This document shows, in pieces, positions 1 to 11,415 of a stretch of DNA of 64,000 nt (its first letter is position 1; each line of letters starts with the position of its first letter). The notes beneath the pieces are model-generated. The model was not told the origin of the DNA, ran no database searches, and saw only the letters and a list, made by a program, of their open reading frames with translations. The position numbers and the translations under genes are program-made. Origin of the DNA: Protoeuglena noctilucae (Eukaryota); contig OY253679.1 of assembly GCA_958009085.1 (NCBI GenBank), forward strand, positions 124,001 to 188,000. Direction: 5' to 3'.

Positions 1-847
1 GTGTTCGCCCCGCAGCGTCTTGACGTCCTTGATCTCGAAGGACTGCGCGGGCGAGCGACGGTGGCTGCGTGGCGAGCAAGCGACAACGGGCACGGGTGCA
101 TGGCGAGCGAGCGTGAGGGAGGCATCGGTCTTGGAAATCCCGGTAGGGCCCGCGCGCCTCGACGTAGAGGTCGTCCAGCCGCAGCAGCGCGACGGCGTCT
201 TGGACCTCGAAACCCAGAAGGAAGGCTTGCACAAAGTCGGCGGCCTTCTGCAAGGCGCCCACGTCCTCCGTGTCCGCCTTCGTCTTGATCTCCACCTTGC
301 GCGTCTTCAGATTCATCCGCATGTCCAGCTTCATGTGCTCCGTCACCGGCTTGAACAGCTGCAGCCAGTTGTTTTTCAGAGGCGTAAACCTGCGTGAGGG
401 GTCACCGGGACGGATTCCAGCGTAAGCGAGACAAAGAGACCACCACGAAGCTCTGAGCGATCCTCAGCGATCCACCGCACCTGTGCTGCGGGACCGGGAC
501 TCTTCGGAACTCGGTCTTGCGCCCCCCGCCCTCGCGCGCCCCGCCCTCGCGCGCCTCCGTGACTTTCGTCAGCGGCGGGAACTTCGGAGCTTCAACCGGG
601 GCATCCTGCGGTCGACAAAGGACCTCGAGATGCTGGGAGCGGCCGAGACGGACACCGCGCACGCAGATACACGCCGCTGACCCTTCGCTCCGTCCGTACG
701 CCGCCGCGCGCGACACCTTGAGCGGGTTGTACCGCGGGCGCGCAACGCCCATCGACGGACGCTATCTAACGCACGCCCGCTGCTCACCGCGGGCACCGCG
801 ACGGCCTCGGCAAGCACGTCGCCCCTCTTCTTCACGACCTTGGGCAT
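1..847 (-). CDS. PNO1: RNA-binding protein PNO1/Dim2 (KH domain, 40S biogenesis); 3' end runs off the window
   Basis: Exons 847-788, 605-481, 389-158 and 42-1 splice to MPKVVKK...EFRRVPVPQHRFTPLKNNWLQLFKPVTEHMKLDMRMNLKTRKVEIKT...LQKAADFVQAFLLGFEVQDAVALLRLDDLYVE|SFEIKDVKTLRGEH, which matches PNO1. Intron 157-43 is GC-AG. Confidence 0.95.
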
Positions 848-1284
848 GCTCCAGGCGGCCGGGCGCCGGAGCGCCGCGCGGGAAACGCCCCCGGCACCTA
901 GAAATATTCTACGGCGCTGCTCCGATGAGTCAGGCGCGTCAGGTACGGTACTGGCGGCGATCCTGGGGCGCCGGCCCTAGCACACAGAAAAGCCGCCGGA
1001 GCACGTCGCACGCAAGTCCGCGAGGAAGGAGAGCAGCACTGGCGCAGAGTGGGATGCAATATGCTGCAACGGGTGGCCAGCAACGGCTTAAAGGTGGCTC
1101 CGCCCGCTTGTCCCCGGCCCTGACTCGAGAACCCTGGCGGCGTCGGGCGGCCGTTGGCTGCGTGCGGGCGGCTGGGGTGCTCAATTCGCCGTCGTCGAGA
1201 AGAACAGGCGCCCCAAGCAGCGAGCTGCTCTTCGGATTCGTCTCGTCGTGCTCAGATCCCCCTGGCGTCGCAACGAAGGAACGC

Positions 1285-1936
1285 ATGCGAGTTGCCGGGA
1301 TCGAGGGGGCTGGAATTGATGAAAACGAGTTGGGCGGCGTTGCAGAGCAGCGGCAAGTCGAGGTTCATCGCGCCAGCTCCTCATCCCGAGGTGAGCCGCG
1401 ACGCCTCGCCGACCCGCGGTTTCTCCGTCGCGAGAGAACCTCGAATTGCCGGCCGCGGGTCCTGAGGAGTTCTGCTTCGCCGGTTTGGGGAACGCCGCTT
1501 CGCGGATGGATTGCGGCGTGGCCCTTCTCCGCTGGAATTCACTGCGTACTTTGCCCGCCTTGCTCCCCGCGTGGACTTGGTGCCCTTCCAGCGGCACCCC
1601 GGCCCGCGCGACGGCGCGCCAAGCGTTTGCGACCGGCCGGGGGCGTTTCCGGGCCCGCCAGCGGTGTCGAAGGCCGTTTCTCGATGCTGTTTCGGACGCT
1701 CGATCGCTCAGGGACACCCTCCGGGTCCAGGGCCCCCGCCTCGCGTGGCCCGCCCGCTTTTTTGCTATCGACCCTAAGCCCGCTGTCCCGCGCAGGCTGC
1801 GGCGAGACGGATGGCCCACACCTCGTGTTGAGAGAGGGAGACGTCGTCTTTGTTCGGGAGATCGGGCTCGAGTCGTCCCGCTGCCTGGTGAAGTCGCATT
1901 GGGGTCGCGCGGGCCACGGGCGAAGGAGGGGCAGCC
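1285..1936 (+). promoter_or_regulatory. eIF5 5' leader with probable intron (1391-1795) and poor-context upstream AUGs
   Basis: GAG|GTGAGC donor at 1391; ccctaag branch-like motif and cgcgcag acceptor ending 1795. Upstream AUGs at 1285, 1319 and 1811 all have a pyrimidine at -3; the main AUG at 1937 has G at -3. Transcription start unknown. Confidence 0.55.
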
Positions 1937-4735
1937 ATGTCCGGCCTGGTCAACATCGGGGCGGAGAACGCCGACGATGGGTTCTACAGGTGCGACGAGT
2001 CTCTCGGGCGTGCACGCTGGCGTCGCTGCGCTCGCGGCTCGACCGGCAATTCCGACGCGCTCCCGGCGGGTGCCGCGCAGGTACAAGATGCCGCAGCTGG
2101 TGGCCAAGGTGGAGGGCCGCGGCAACGGCATTCGCACCAACGTGGTGAACAACGGGGAGATTGCGAAGGCGCTGAGCCGGCCCCCCGAGTACGTGCTCAA
2201 GTACTTTGGGTGTGAGCTGGGGGCGCAGACGCGGTTCGAGAAGGACATGGGCACGTCGATCGTGAACGGGGCGCACACGCAAAAGGTGCTGTCGGACCTG
2301 CTCGAGGGCTTCATCAAGAAGTTCGTGCAGTGCTACACGTGCGGCAACCCCGAGACGGTCATGAAGGTGCGCAAGGACTTTGTCACGCTCAAGTGCAAGG
2401 CGTGCGGGGCCAAGTCCGAGGTCGACCCCCGGCTGAAGCTCAACACCTTCATCCTTAAGAACCCCCCCGAGGTGCGGAGCCGGATTTGCGGTGTTGTGGT
2501 GCTGGGTGCGTCGGGGGCATGGTGGCCGGCAGCGGCGACAATGGTCTCGGTCACTTGTGGTCGGCCCACCGTTGCATTGCGGCAGAGTGCGTGGGGGTTG
2601 AGACGAGGCTGGTCCGCCCTAGCTTCACCAGCCGTGCGGGCATCGCTGGAGTGAGGGCATCTTCACCAGGCGTGAGGGGTGACAAGGACTGATGCGTGAC
2701 TAGGAATCGTGTGATGCTCACAGGAGAAGATCTCCAAGAGTGAGAAGAAGGTTAAGGAGGACATGGAGAGCAAGGTCGGGGACCTGTTAGAGGCCACCAC
2801 GCCCAAGAAAGAGAAGGGGAAGGACAAGGACAAGGACAAGGCGAGGGGGGGTGTTGGTAGAGAGACTGCCTGCATGGGGTGGGATAAGCATGGCATTGCT
2901 GGAGCGTGTGCCTGCATGGGATGGGTCAGGCATTGCGGGGAACGGGGCGCGAGGTGGCACGCCGCTGCCACCACTGCGTCGTCGCTGTTCGTGCGATCGT
3001 CGCTAACAACCTCGTCATGCTGTCCCATTGCAGAAGAAGGACCGCAAGGATCGTTCCAGTAAGAGCAAGAAGTCCGAGGCGGAGGAGGGGCCAGGGGACG
3101 CGGCCAACGGAGAGGGGGCGGCAGCGGAGGGAGAGGGCGCGGGGGCGGAGGGGGCGCCGGCCGAGGCCAACGGCGCTGCGGGCAGCGAGGTGAGAGGCGG
3201 CGGGGCAGCGGGGCAGCGGGGCAGGGAAGAAGCGGGGCGGTGGAGCAAGGTGTTACCACGCTGGGGGTGTCTAGGGTGTCCAGGGTGTCAACCCTCCCAG
3301 GCAGGGGCAGCGCTGGCTGTTGGCCCAAGTTGCGCTTTCGTAGCCCCCCGCGCAGGACAGCGCAGACGAGGAGTTTTCCGTGGACACGTCGGCGGAGGCC
3401 GCAGCCGAGCGCGCGCGCCGGCAGCTGACGGGGGCGGCGGCCGCGCTGGTGTCGGGTGACCTGGCGAAGCAGGTGGTGCAGGGGGTGCGTCGGGAGGCGG
3501 AGCAGGAGGCCGAGGAGCGCGCGCGGCGCGAGCGCGAGGTGGCGGAGCTGTGCGAGCAGCTGCGGGGGTCCCTGAGCCTTGAGGACGCGGCGGCCAAGCT
3601 GCGGCAGGTGAGGGGCGGGGTGGGGTGGGGTGGGGTGGGGTGCACTTGGGTGGGAGTTGCGGTGGGGTGGGTGCAGTGGCGTGTTATTGGGCGGGGTGGG
3701 GGGTCGCGGTGGGGTGGGGTGCAGTGGGGTGGCGAGGAGGTGTGCGATGGCGGTTGGCCCTCTTGCCTCGCTTGTAATGGCTTTGCCTGAGCCACGGCAC
3801 GCCGGGTCAGAGACGGCTGGGTGTTTGTCTTATTCAAGTCACCCCCACACGGTCCTCCCCCCCGCAGGTGCTGCCCTTCAAGCGTCCCCTGGAGGTGCAG
3901 GAGATTGTGGTGGGCATGGCGGTGCCCAACGGGAAGGTCGGCCGCATGTTCGCGCTCTTCGACGCGGTCTTCACGGGGCCCGGAGGCGCCGACCCCGGCG
4001 TCAGGTGAGGCGCACACACCGCATATGAGCACAAGACCATCCGCATGCACACACCCTTTTTCTTGTGACGGCCTGCGCCTGGGCCACTCCCGATGGGATG
4101 CATGGAGAGTGTGTGCATGACGCAAGCCAGAGCCACACTCTCCTCGCCGTTGTGCCAACTCCGCATGGTATTATTGGTGACCCGTCCGTCCGCGTGTGCA
4201 ATGTGCCCCGCATGGCAAATTGGTAGCACATAGGTGCCTGTCTGCGTTTCTCTCTCCCAGGCTGGACAAGCTGGCGGAGAAGTTCAAGGCGTACCTGAAG
4301 GCCTGCGCCCCCGACGAGGCATACCAGGCGGCGCAGCTCATCGCCCTGGAGCGCCTGTGCGGGTTGTCGCTGCCGGCGCGCGTGAAGGAGGTGGCGCTGG
4401 TGATGAAGGTGCTGTACGAGTATGACATCGTGGGGGACGAGACGTTTGAGCAGTGGGAGGGGTCGGGGGACATCGTGCGCAAGTTCAAGATCCCCGCCGA
4501 GGGTGAGTCGGAGCATTTGGCAGGGACCGTGTGTGTCGCTGTGTCTATAAGGCATGGTGCATCAGTCGGGGAGGTTCGCGTGCACCGCTGGGACTGTGGG
4601 GCATGCCGGTGCGTGCGGAGGTGACTCAACATGCGCTCGCCTGCCCGTCTTGCAGCGTCGATGCTGGTGCGCACGGCGGCAGAGCCCTTCATGGCGATGC
4701 TCGCGGAGTCGTCGTCGGAGGAAGACGAGGACTGA
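1937..4735 (+). CDS. EIF5: Eukaryotic translation initiation factor 5 (eIF2B/eIF5 N-terminal domain plus W2 domain)
   Basis: MSGLVNIGAENADDGFYR|YKMPQLVAKVEGRGNGIRT...KYFGCELGAQT...FIKKFVQCYTCGNPET...CKACG, then a Lys-rich linker and C-terminal LYEYDIVGDETFEQW...PFMAMLAESSSEEDED*. Eight coding exons; GC donor at 2841. Confidence 0.96.
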
Positions 4736-5205
4736 TGAGACTGCAAGCGTGCGGGGGCTGTTGGGCTTTGTATAGACCCTTGGTTGCTTGCACGGGAACA
4801 CCCACACTCGCCACCCGCCCGTGCCAGTTGTCCCCATCTGCGCAGGCGCGAGCAAATATCACCCATTGTTCATGGTGTCGGTTTTGAATTGCTTGAGTGC
4901 GTACACATGATAGAAAGTGAGGCCAAAGGCGAATTGCAAGCTGCCACGGAGCTTGGCAGGGAAACATCTGCCCTCCCGACCTCTCCCGCGCCTCCTCAGC
5001 CCTTCCCGCGCTGCCCCCGCGTCCACGTCACCCGTCGCACTCCCCCCGTCCGACGCCACGCCCCCGTCCGACCCGTGACCTGGCACACTTGCCCGCGGCC
5101 TCGGGGCCCGCCCGGGGGCTCAAATAGGCCCGGGCGGCCCCGCCGGGCGACAGATCCTCGGCGACTCGCTCCGATCCGACAGCCACCGCACCCGACCACC
5201 CCACC

Positions 5206-6586
5206 ATGGCCCTCCTTCGCGCGATGCGGGCGGTCGCCCTGGCCCTGGCCCTCGTGGTCGCGGCGGCGTCGGCGACGCGCGGTGAGGCCTGAGGGGGCGG
5301 GAGCGGGGCGACCGTCGACGATGCGGGCGCTGCGGGTCGCGCGGGGCCCGGCCACGCCCCCCACCGCCCGCGCGGGCCCTCGCGAGTGCGACCCGTCGGG
5401 CCGGCCCCCGCGCGCGGGGAGACGTCGGGAGGGGGGACTGAGCAGCGCAGCGAGCGGCGTCGGGCGATGACCACCCGCCACCCGCTCCTCGCCCGCAGCC
5501 GCGCTCCCCGACATCGACATCGACGCGCCCAGCCGCACCCTGCTGCAGACCGGGCAGACCAAGTGAGCGCGGCGCGGGGCGGGGCGGGGATGCGCGGGGT
5601 GCGATGGACGCGGCGCTCATGCATCGGGCAGCGCGGGCGGGCAGCGCGGCGACTCAGGCTGTGCGGCGAGTGCGTGTGTGGCATGTCACACGCTTTTGCC
5701 GCGGCCTTGCAAGTCGGTCCATGCTCCTCGGCGCCCGCAGCGCCCAGGCCGGCGGCGGCGGCGGCGCGGGCCGCGGCAACAACCTCATCAACCAGGCCCT
5801 CGGCAACGGCGGCTTCGGCGGCGGCTTCGGCGGCGGCACTGTGGGCCAGATCAAGTGAGTCCGCGCGCCGCCCTCCCGCCCGCGGCTGCGACGGCGAGCG
5901 AGGGATGCGTGCTCTGAGCGGCGAGTCGTCAGGGCGGCATGGGATCAGTGTCACGCGCCCCATCGCACCGCAGCGCGCTGACGGGCGGTGGTGCTGGGGG
6001 CAACAACCTCATCAACCAGGCCCTCGGCGGTGGTGGGGGCTTCGGCGGGGGCAACGTCGGGCAGATCAAGTGAGGCGACATGGCACGGACTGCCGCACTT
6101 GCTCACAGCCTCCCGGGCGCTCCCTCATGCTGCCATGTGCCCTCACCTGCAGCGCGCTCGCGGGCGGCGCTGGCCGCGGCAACAACCTCATCAACCAGGC
6201 TGTCGGCGGCAACGGCGGTTACTACGGCGGTGGTGGCTACGGCGGCCTCGGCGGGGGCAACGTCGGGCAGGTCAAGTGAGGCTGGCTGCAGAGCATGCGG
6301 GCATGGGCGGGCCTCGTCGCAAGCCGCAACTCGTAATCATTGCCGCTGTTACATGCCCCTCTCAAAGTGTCTTCACCCGCACCCCGCTTCTCTCGACACC
6401 CGCAGCGCCCAGGCTGGCGGCGCTGGTGGCGCTGGTGGCGCTGGCGGCAACAACCTCATCAACCAGGCCGTCATCCCTTCCACGTACTACGTCCCCACGG
6501 GCAGCACGGCCATCAACAGCGGCGTGGCGGGCAGCGGGTACCCCGGGTACGGGTACAAGTGCCACCCCTGGCTGGGGTGCTACTGA
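5206..6586 (+). CDS. Secreted Gly/Asn-rich repeat protein, copy 1 (4 GNNLINQA repeats, about 217 aa)
   Basis: Exons 5206-5281, 5499-5562, 5741-5854, 5974-6069, 6153-6275, 6406-6586. Signal peptide MALLRAMRAVALALALVVAAASA, pro-segment ending SRTLLQ, repeats GQINA(L/Q)xGG..GRGNNLINQA(L/V)G, tail GYPGYGYKCHPWLGCY*. All introns GT-AG. Confidence 0.88.
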
Positions 6587-7082
6587 GAGGTGCCTTGGTC
6601 GCACCGGACGACGAGCGAGCACGCCTGCTTAGGCTTCCTAAGCGCTCCACAGCCTAGAGCCTGTCTGCGTCCTAGTAGCTATCCCGTAGACGCCATGCCA
6701 TGCGCTTGAAGATGTACATAGCAGTCTTTCACAGTCGCCTCCATGCTGGCAGCCAGCGCCAGTCACTGGCACTTCCCCTGCGGTGCACTGGCCAACACAG
6801 ACACCTGCGACCCTCAGACAGTCAGCCGCACTCCTGCACAGCCTCCGCTTGCCTTGGTTGTGCAAAGTCTCATCTGTGCAGAGGCGCTGCCCTTGCGCCT
6901 GCCATGCTGCAGTGCCGCCATCCGCGCTTAAAGCAAAACACTGAAGCGCGGTCAAAGCACGTCTAGCGTATCATATCATCTGCCGACCCCCACCCTGCGA
7001 CGCTGTGCGCGACCCCGCTGCCACACATGCCTTGCCGCCCCTCATACAAGCTGCGCCTCAAGTCCCCCCAGCACCCTCTCCG

Positions 7083-9458
7083 TCACTCAAAGTCGTCATG
7101 CGGGTACTCCTCCTCCGCCCCGTCTGTCCCCAAGTCCTCCAATTCCCCTTCCTCCACCGTGGCCAGCCCCGCACCCGATGCATCGTACCCACGCCCACTG
7201 CGCGCACTCTCCGCCCTCGCGACCGCGTGGCCCTCCCCTGCGCCCGCGTCACCGCCCTCCTCCCCCTCCCGCTCGCCCGCGGCGCCCTGGGTCCCCTTCC
7301 CCGCAGCAGCATGTGCGTCCCTCGCACCGCCCTCCACCACTCCCACCTGCGCCCCCGCGCTCACCGCCCCCTCAGATCGCGGCACAATCCCGCCCGGCGG
7401 CCCTCCGGCTCCATTGCCCCCAGCCGCCGCCGCTGACGCTGACGCGGGTGCACCCCCCGCCCCCACCTCTGTCGCAACCACGGGCGCACGGTAGGGGCTG
7501 TTGCGGAGCCTGCCGGGAGAGGCCCTGCGCGGCGCGGAGGGCTGCGCTCGCGGCGCTTGCAGGGGGTCTCTCGCAGGTGGTCTCTCCCTCGCGGCGTGGC
7601 CCGTGGAGTGCGGGGATGGCTGCGGGGCCCGGGTGCCCCTCTGTGGCGCGGCTGGAAATGCGGCACGGCTCCTGCGATGCGAGACGGGAGATGAAACACG
7701 GTTTGCAATCGGCGCTTGCTGTGTGCGATCGAGATACGCGGCAGCAAGCATGGCAGAGGGAGGGCACGCCTGTCGCTGTCGGCACCAGGTGCAGAAGACA
7801 GTGCACCTGTGGCTACCCTGCGCAATCCACTGCATTCACCACTCACTACACAACCGCATGCCGTCGCCCCTCGTCACCTGGTCGACCCCAGCATGCCCGA
7901 CCCCTCCCCCCGCGTGGCCGCCGCCATGTATGCCCCAAACTCGGCCGTTTCCTTGGCCTCGCGGCTGCCCGCCACGGTGTGCGGGAGGGACTCGAGGCGC
8001 TTGGCGGCCGCGGCCATGAGCGAGCCCGTGGTGCGGGGGCCTTTCACTGTCGAGGGAGCGGGGCGGGCCGGGGGGCGGTGGCGCGCCTGGTAGCCGGGGA
8101 AGTGTCGGTCGCGGAATGCGGAGTAGGATGACCGAAAGGCCGCGAGCATGCCGGAACCCTCCCCGTACGCCGCCTCCGCCACCTGCGGGGCAGCGGAGGG
8201 TGGCGGGTGGCGTGGTGGGGTGGGGCGTGGTTGGTCGGGATGGTGCGTCCAAAGAGTTGGCAGCGGGTGGGACATGTGAGGTAGAACTCATGACATGCAA
8301 ACGTCCCCCGTCTACGCTTTGCATTTGAATCCCTCGCCTTGAGGCAGGAGCGGTAGGTGGAGAGAGCCGTGCGTGTCATGCCGCAGTGTTCCATCTCCAC
8401 CGCCATGTTGTGCAATGCCACAGCGAGGCTGCCGGCAGCGGGGGGCAGCTGGCCGCCGCACTCGTCCTCCAGCACGCGCAGCCACTCCTCCAGCGTCGGA
8501 CTGCGGGCAGTGGAGACAAGAGACTGACATCAGACTGACATGCGACACTCCACAGTGCGGCCCTCCCTCGTCGCCACCCCTTGTGCCTGTCATGGACCCC
8601 GCAGCCCGGCCCCAGGTCTCACCTGACGGCGTTGGGCCTCGGGGGCCGCACGGGCAGTGCCGACTCAACTTCCATCACCGCCTGCCGGGCATACTGCAGC
8701 GCGGAGCGGTGGTCTCCCAGCTTGCTGCACACCGTGCACAGGTTGAGCAGCGTGCTGGCCGGGTCCTGCGCCGCGAGCGGGAAGGCCTCCTCGATGTCCA
8801 GGGCCTCCAGGAGACACGCGAGGGCGTCCGCGTGCTTGTCCCGGTACTTGTGGAAGCATCCCAGGTTGTTCAGCGTAGCGGCGCGGAGGCGGGCGCATGT
8901 CTCGGGCTCGGAGCCCATGATGGAGTCCCCGCGAGTCAGCAGCTCCGCCTTATCCAAGAGATCTTTCGCCTGCGCACGCGGGGCGGCCGGACTCCGCGTC
9001 GCGGCTCGGGGAGCGATCGCCTGCACGCAGCAGTCTGCTCCCGCGACCCGCGCGGTCCGCGTGAGCCGCCGGGCTCCGCGGAATCACGAGCGCTGCATAC
9101 CATGGCGTTTTTACTGTCCTCCATCAGGTTCATCGCCGCGCTGTTGCACAGCGTGGCCAAATGCGCGCATGTGTGCACCGCGCAGTCCTCCTTCCCGTCC
9201 GAGACGAACTGAGAGGGGCACGATGCTCGCGCATTTCGAGGGAAGAAGCGAAAGGAGCGGGAGAGCTCCGCGGTCCTCGCGACGTTGCGACAAGCCCTCA
9301 TTATCTGGGGGAGCACGCACCTGCTCGAGGCCCCGCTCAAGAATCGCGATGGCTTCCATCTCCTCCCCCGCGTTCTTCTTTTCATCTGCCTCCGCTATCA
9401 GCTTCTGCACCTCCGGCGGCACGTCCATGGCCGGCACGCTGGGGATGGTGCCCAGCAT
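7083..9458 (-). CDS. TPR-repeat protein with low-complexity acidic C-terminus
   Basis: AATLNNLGCFHKYRDKHADALACLLEALDIE, ASTLLNLCTVCSKLGDHRSALQYARQA and AVALHNMAVEMEHCG...ALSTY are TPR-like helices. Six exons, GC donor at 8337, ends TGA. Confidence 0.8.
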
Positions 9459-9849
9459 GTCCGCAGGTCCACCCCCCTCCCGCGCCCCCGACTGGGCAGC
9501 AAAGTCTCTCCACAGCAATAAGCTTGTCTATTTATGACTGGATTTGGCGGAACTCGGTCGAAGACGACAGGGAACGCCGCGGAGAAGTGTCGCAGCAAGC
9601 ACGCAGTTGTGTTTCGATTCCTCGCTAGCTCGCCGGCGGGGCCCGACGATATCCTACGCGCGGTGTAAGCATGCACGTACGTCCAGGCTGCGTATCACGC
9701 GGCGGAGGTCGCTCTGACAGCTGCCTTAACCTACCCAGCGTGACTTCAAGCTGGCTCTAGGCTGCAGTCCCGGCCTATCCTTATCGCAAATCCACGTTGT
9801 TTGAAAGACCCGTGTTATCTTCTCGGCCCCGCACCCGACACGTGCAGCT

Positions 9850-10663
9850 TCACACGACCACCTGGTACTCCTTCCCCTGCGGCAGGTGCAGGGGCAACGA
9901 GCGTTGCAGCGCTGCGGTCGCGCCTGGCTCGTCGCGATCCAACGCGCAGCGTTGCATCCCTTCCCGCGCACCCCATCTCCGCGTGCTCGCCTGGACCAGC
10001 GCGTTCCAGCGCTCCTTTTCGTAGTCCTCGGGCGTCTTGAAGTCCAGGTCGCAGTACGAGCGCCACGTGAAGGTGTAGCAGTCGAGGCAGAAGATCTCGC
10101 TCTCCCATTTCTTCTTGCCCCGGCACTAGATCTGCACGAAGTGGTGCTCCTTGGTGTTCTTCGAGCCGCAGCAGAGGCAGTCGGGGAAGTCGTCGTTGCG
10201 CTTCCAGTTTGCCGACCACTCGTCAAACGTCATGACCTTGTAGCCATCGCCGATGGACGGGTTGATCTGCACCGGCTCGCCTGCGGCGACGACCGCACGG
10301 GGCACGCTGTCTTGGCAGCAGCGCGCGGGATCACGCGCGCAGGCTCGGGCTCGCGCAGCACAGCTGCGATGTACTAGTTGCTTGCACTCGCCATTCATGA
10401 TCTTGAGCCATTCGCGCGAGTGCACGAGCGCCCGGGGCGCCTGCTGCGTGGACGTCTCAATGTCGACCACCAGGTCCTTGTTGTACTGCAGACCCTCCGC
10501 CTCCTTCTTCATCTTGCCTGCGTGAAACGAACGGCACGTGGGGTGGGGGGCGCCGGACCCGCGCTGAGCCGCAGCACGGCTGCCTTCGGCCTGTCCTTGA
10601 TTCCATTCCCCGGTGCGCTGGGACGACGAGGCATCCCCGTAGCGTGTCACCACACGCAATCAT
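9850..10663 (-). CDS. Small protein with two Cys pairs (zinc-ribbon-like), carrying an in-frame TAG
   Basis: Exons 10663-10651, 10517-10392, 10280-9991, 9876-9850: MIACGKMKKEAEGLQYNKDLVVDIETSTQ...WLKIMN|GEPVQINPSIGDGYKVMTFDEWSANWKRNDDFPDCLCCGSKNTKEHHFVQI*CRGKKKWESEIFCLDCYTFTWRSYCDLDFKTPEDYEKERWNALVQ|GKEYQVVV*. GC donors at 10391 and 9990. Could be a recoded gene or a fresh pseudogene. Confidence 0.8.
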
Positions 10664-11415
10664 TGACGAGCTATTCAATGAAAGCGCTCGTGTCCCTGCA
10701 CCTGTCGTATCCCACCGCCGGGAGCGGGACGCCGACTCGTCTTCCGAGCGCTTTTCCGTAAAGCAGGCGGCCAAGAAGGCGAGGCTAAGGTCAACAGCTG
10801 GCTTGTCGGAAGAAATTTGCCTTGCGGAGAGCCGCTAGGTCAGGTTGTCTCTCGGCGCAGGGGAATCGGGGACGCACCCCCGTGCCAGGCTAGTGTTTCG
10901 CGTGCGCGATGGCATTTAAAGCGCTTCTTCATGTGTTAGTGGCTCTATCAGCCGCTGCCTGCGTGGGAGTTGGCTTGCGGCGGATACGGGCCCTGAACAG
11001 CAGAGAATTTGCAGCCGCAGCCGCAGCCGCAACGCTTCCTTGCCTGTGTAATCCAGCCTATCTAGCCCCATTTTCAGAACCCCGTGCAGATATGACGTCA
11101 CGACAAAACCTCATTGCGCTGGCACACGCATCGCCCTGAACCAGCCCGCGTCGCCTGCCAATGAATCATCCACGTGACGCAAGGCCCCCCGCCATCAATA
11201 AGGCGCAAGCGTTTCCCGCGCTGCCCCCGCGTCCACGTCACCCGTCGCACTCCCCCCGTCCGACGCCACGCCCCCGTCCGACCCGTGACCTGGCACACTT
11301 GCCCGCGGCCTCGGGGCCCGCCCGGGGGCTCAAATAGGCCCGGGCGGCCCCGCCGGGCGACAGATCCTCGGCGACTCGCTCCGATCCGACAGCCACCGCA
11401 CCCGACCACCCCACC

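Noticed and set aside
517..2148. 543-aa ORF and many similar long Arg/Pro/Gly/Ala-rich ORFs in the track
   Set aside because: Expected from stop scarcity at high GC. They cross promoters and introns or lie antisense to better supported spliced genes.
10126..10128. Selenocysteine or pyrrolysine, or a micro-intron removing the TAG
   Set aside because: Sec uses UGA; pyrrolysine is not known in eukaryotes; the local GT..AG span is only 12 nt.
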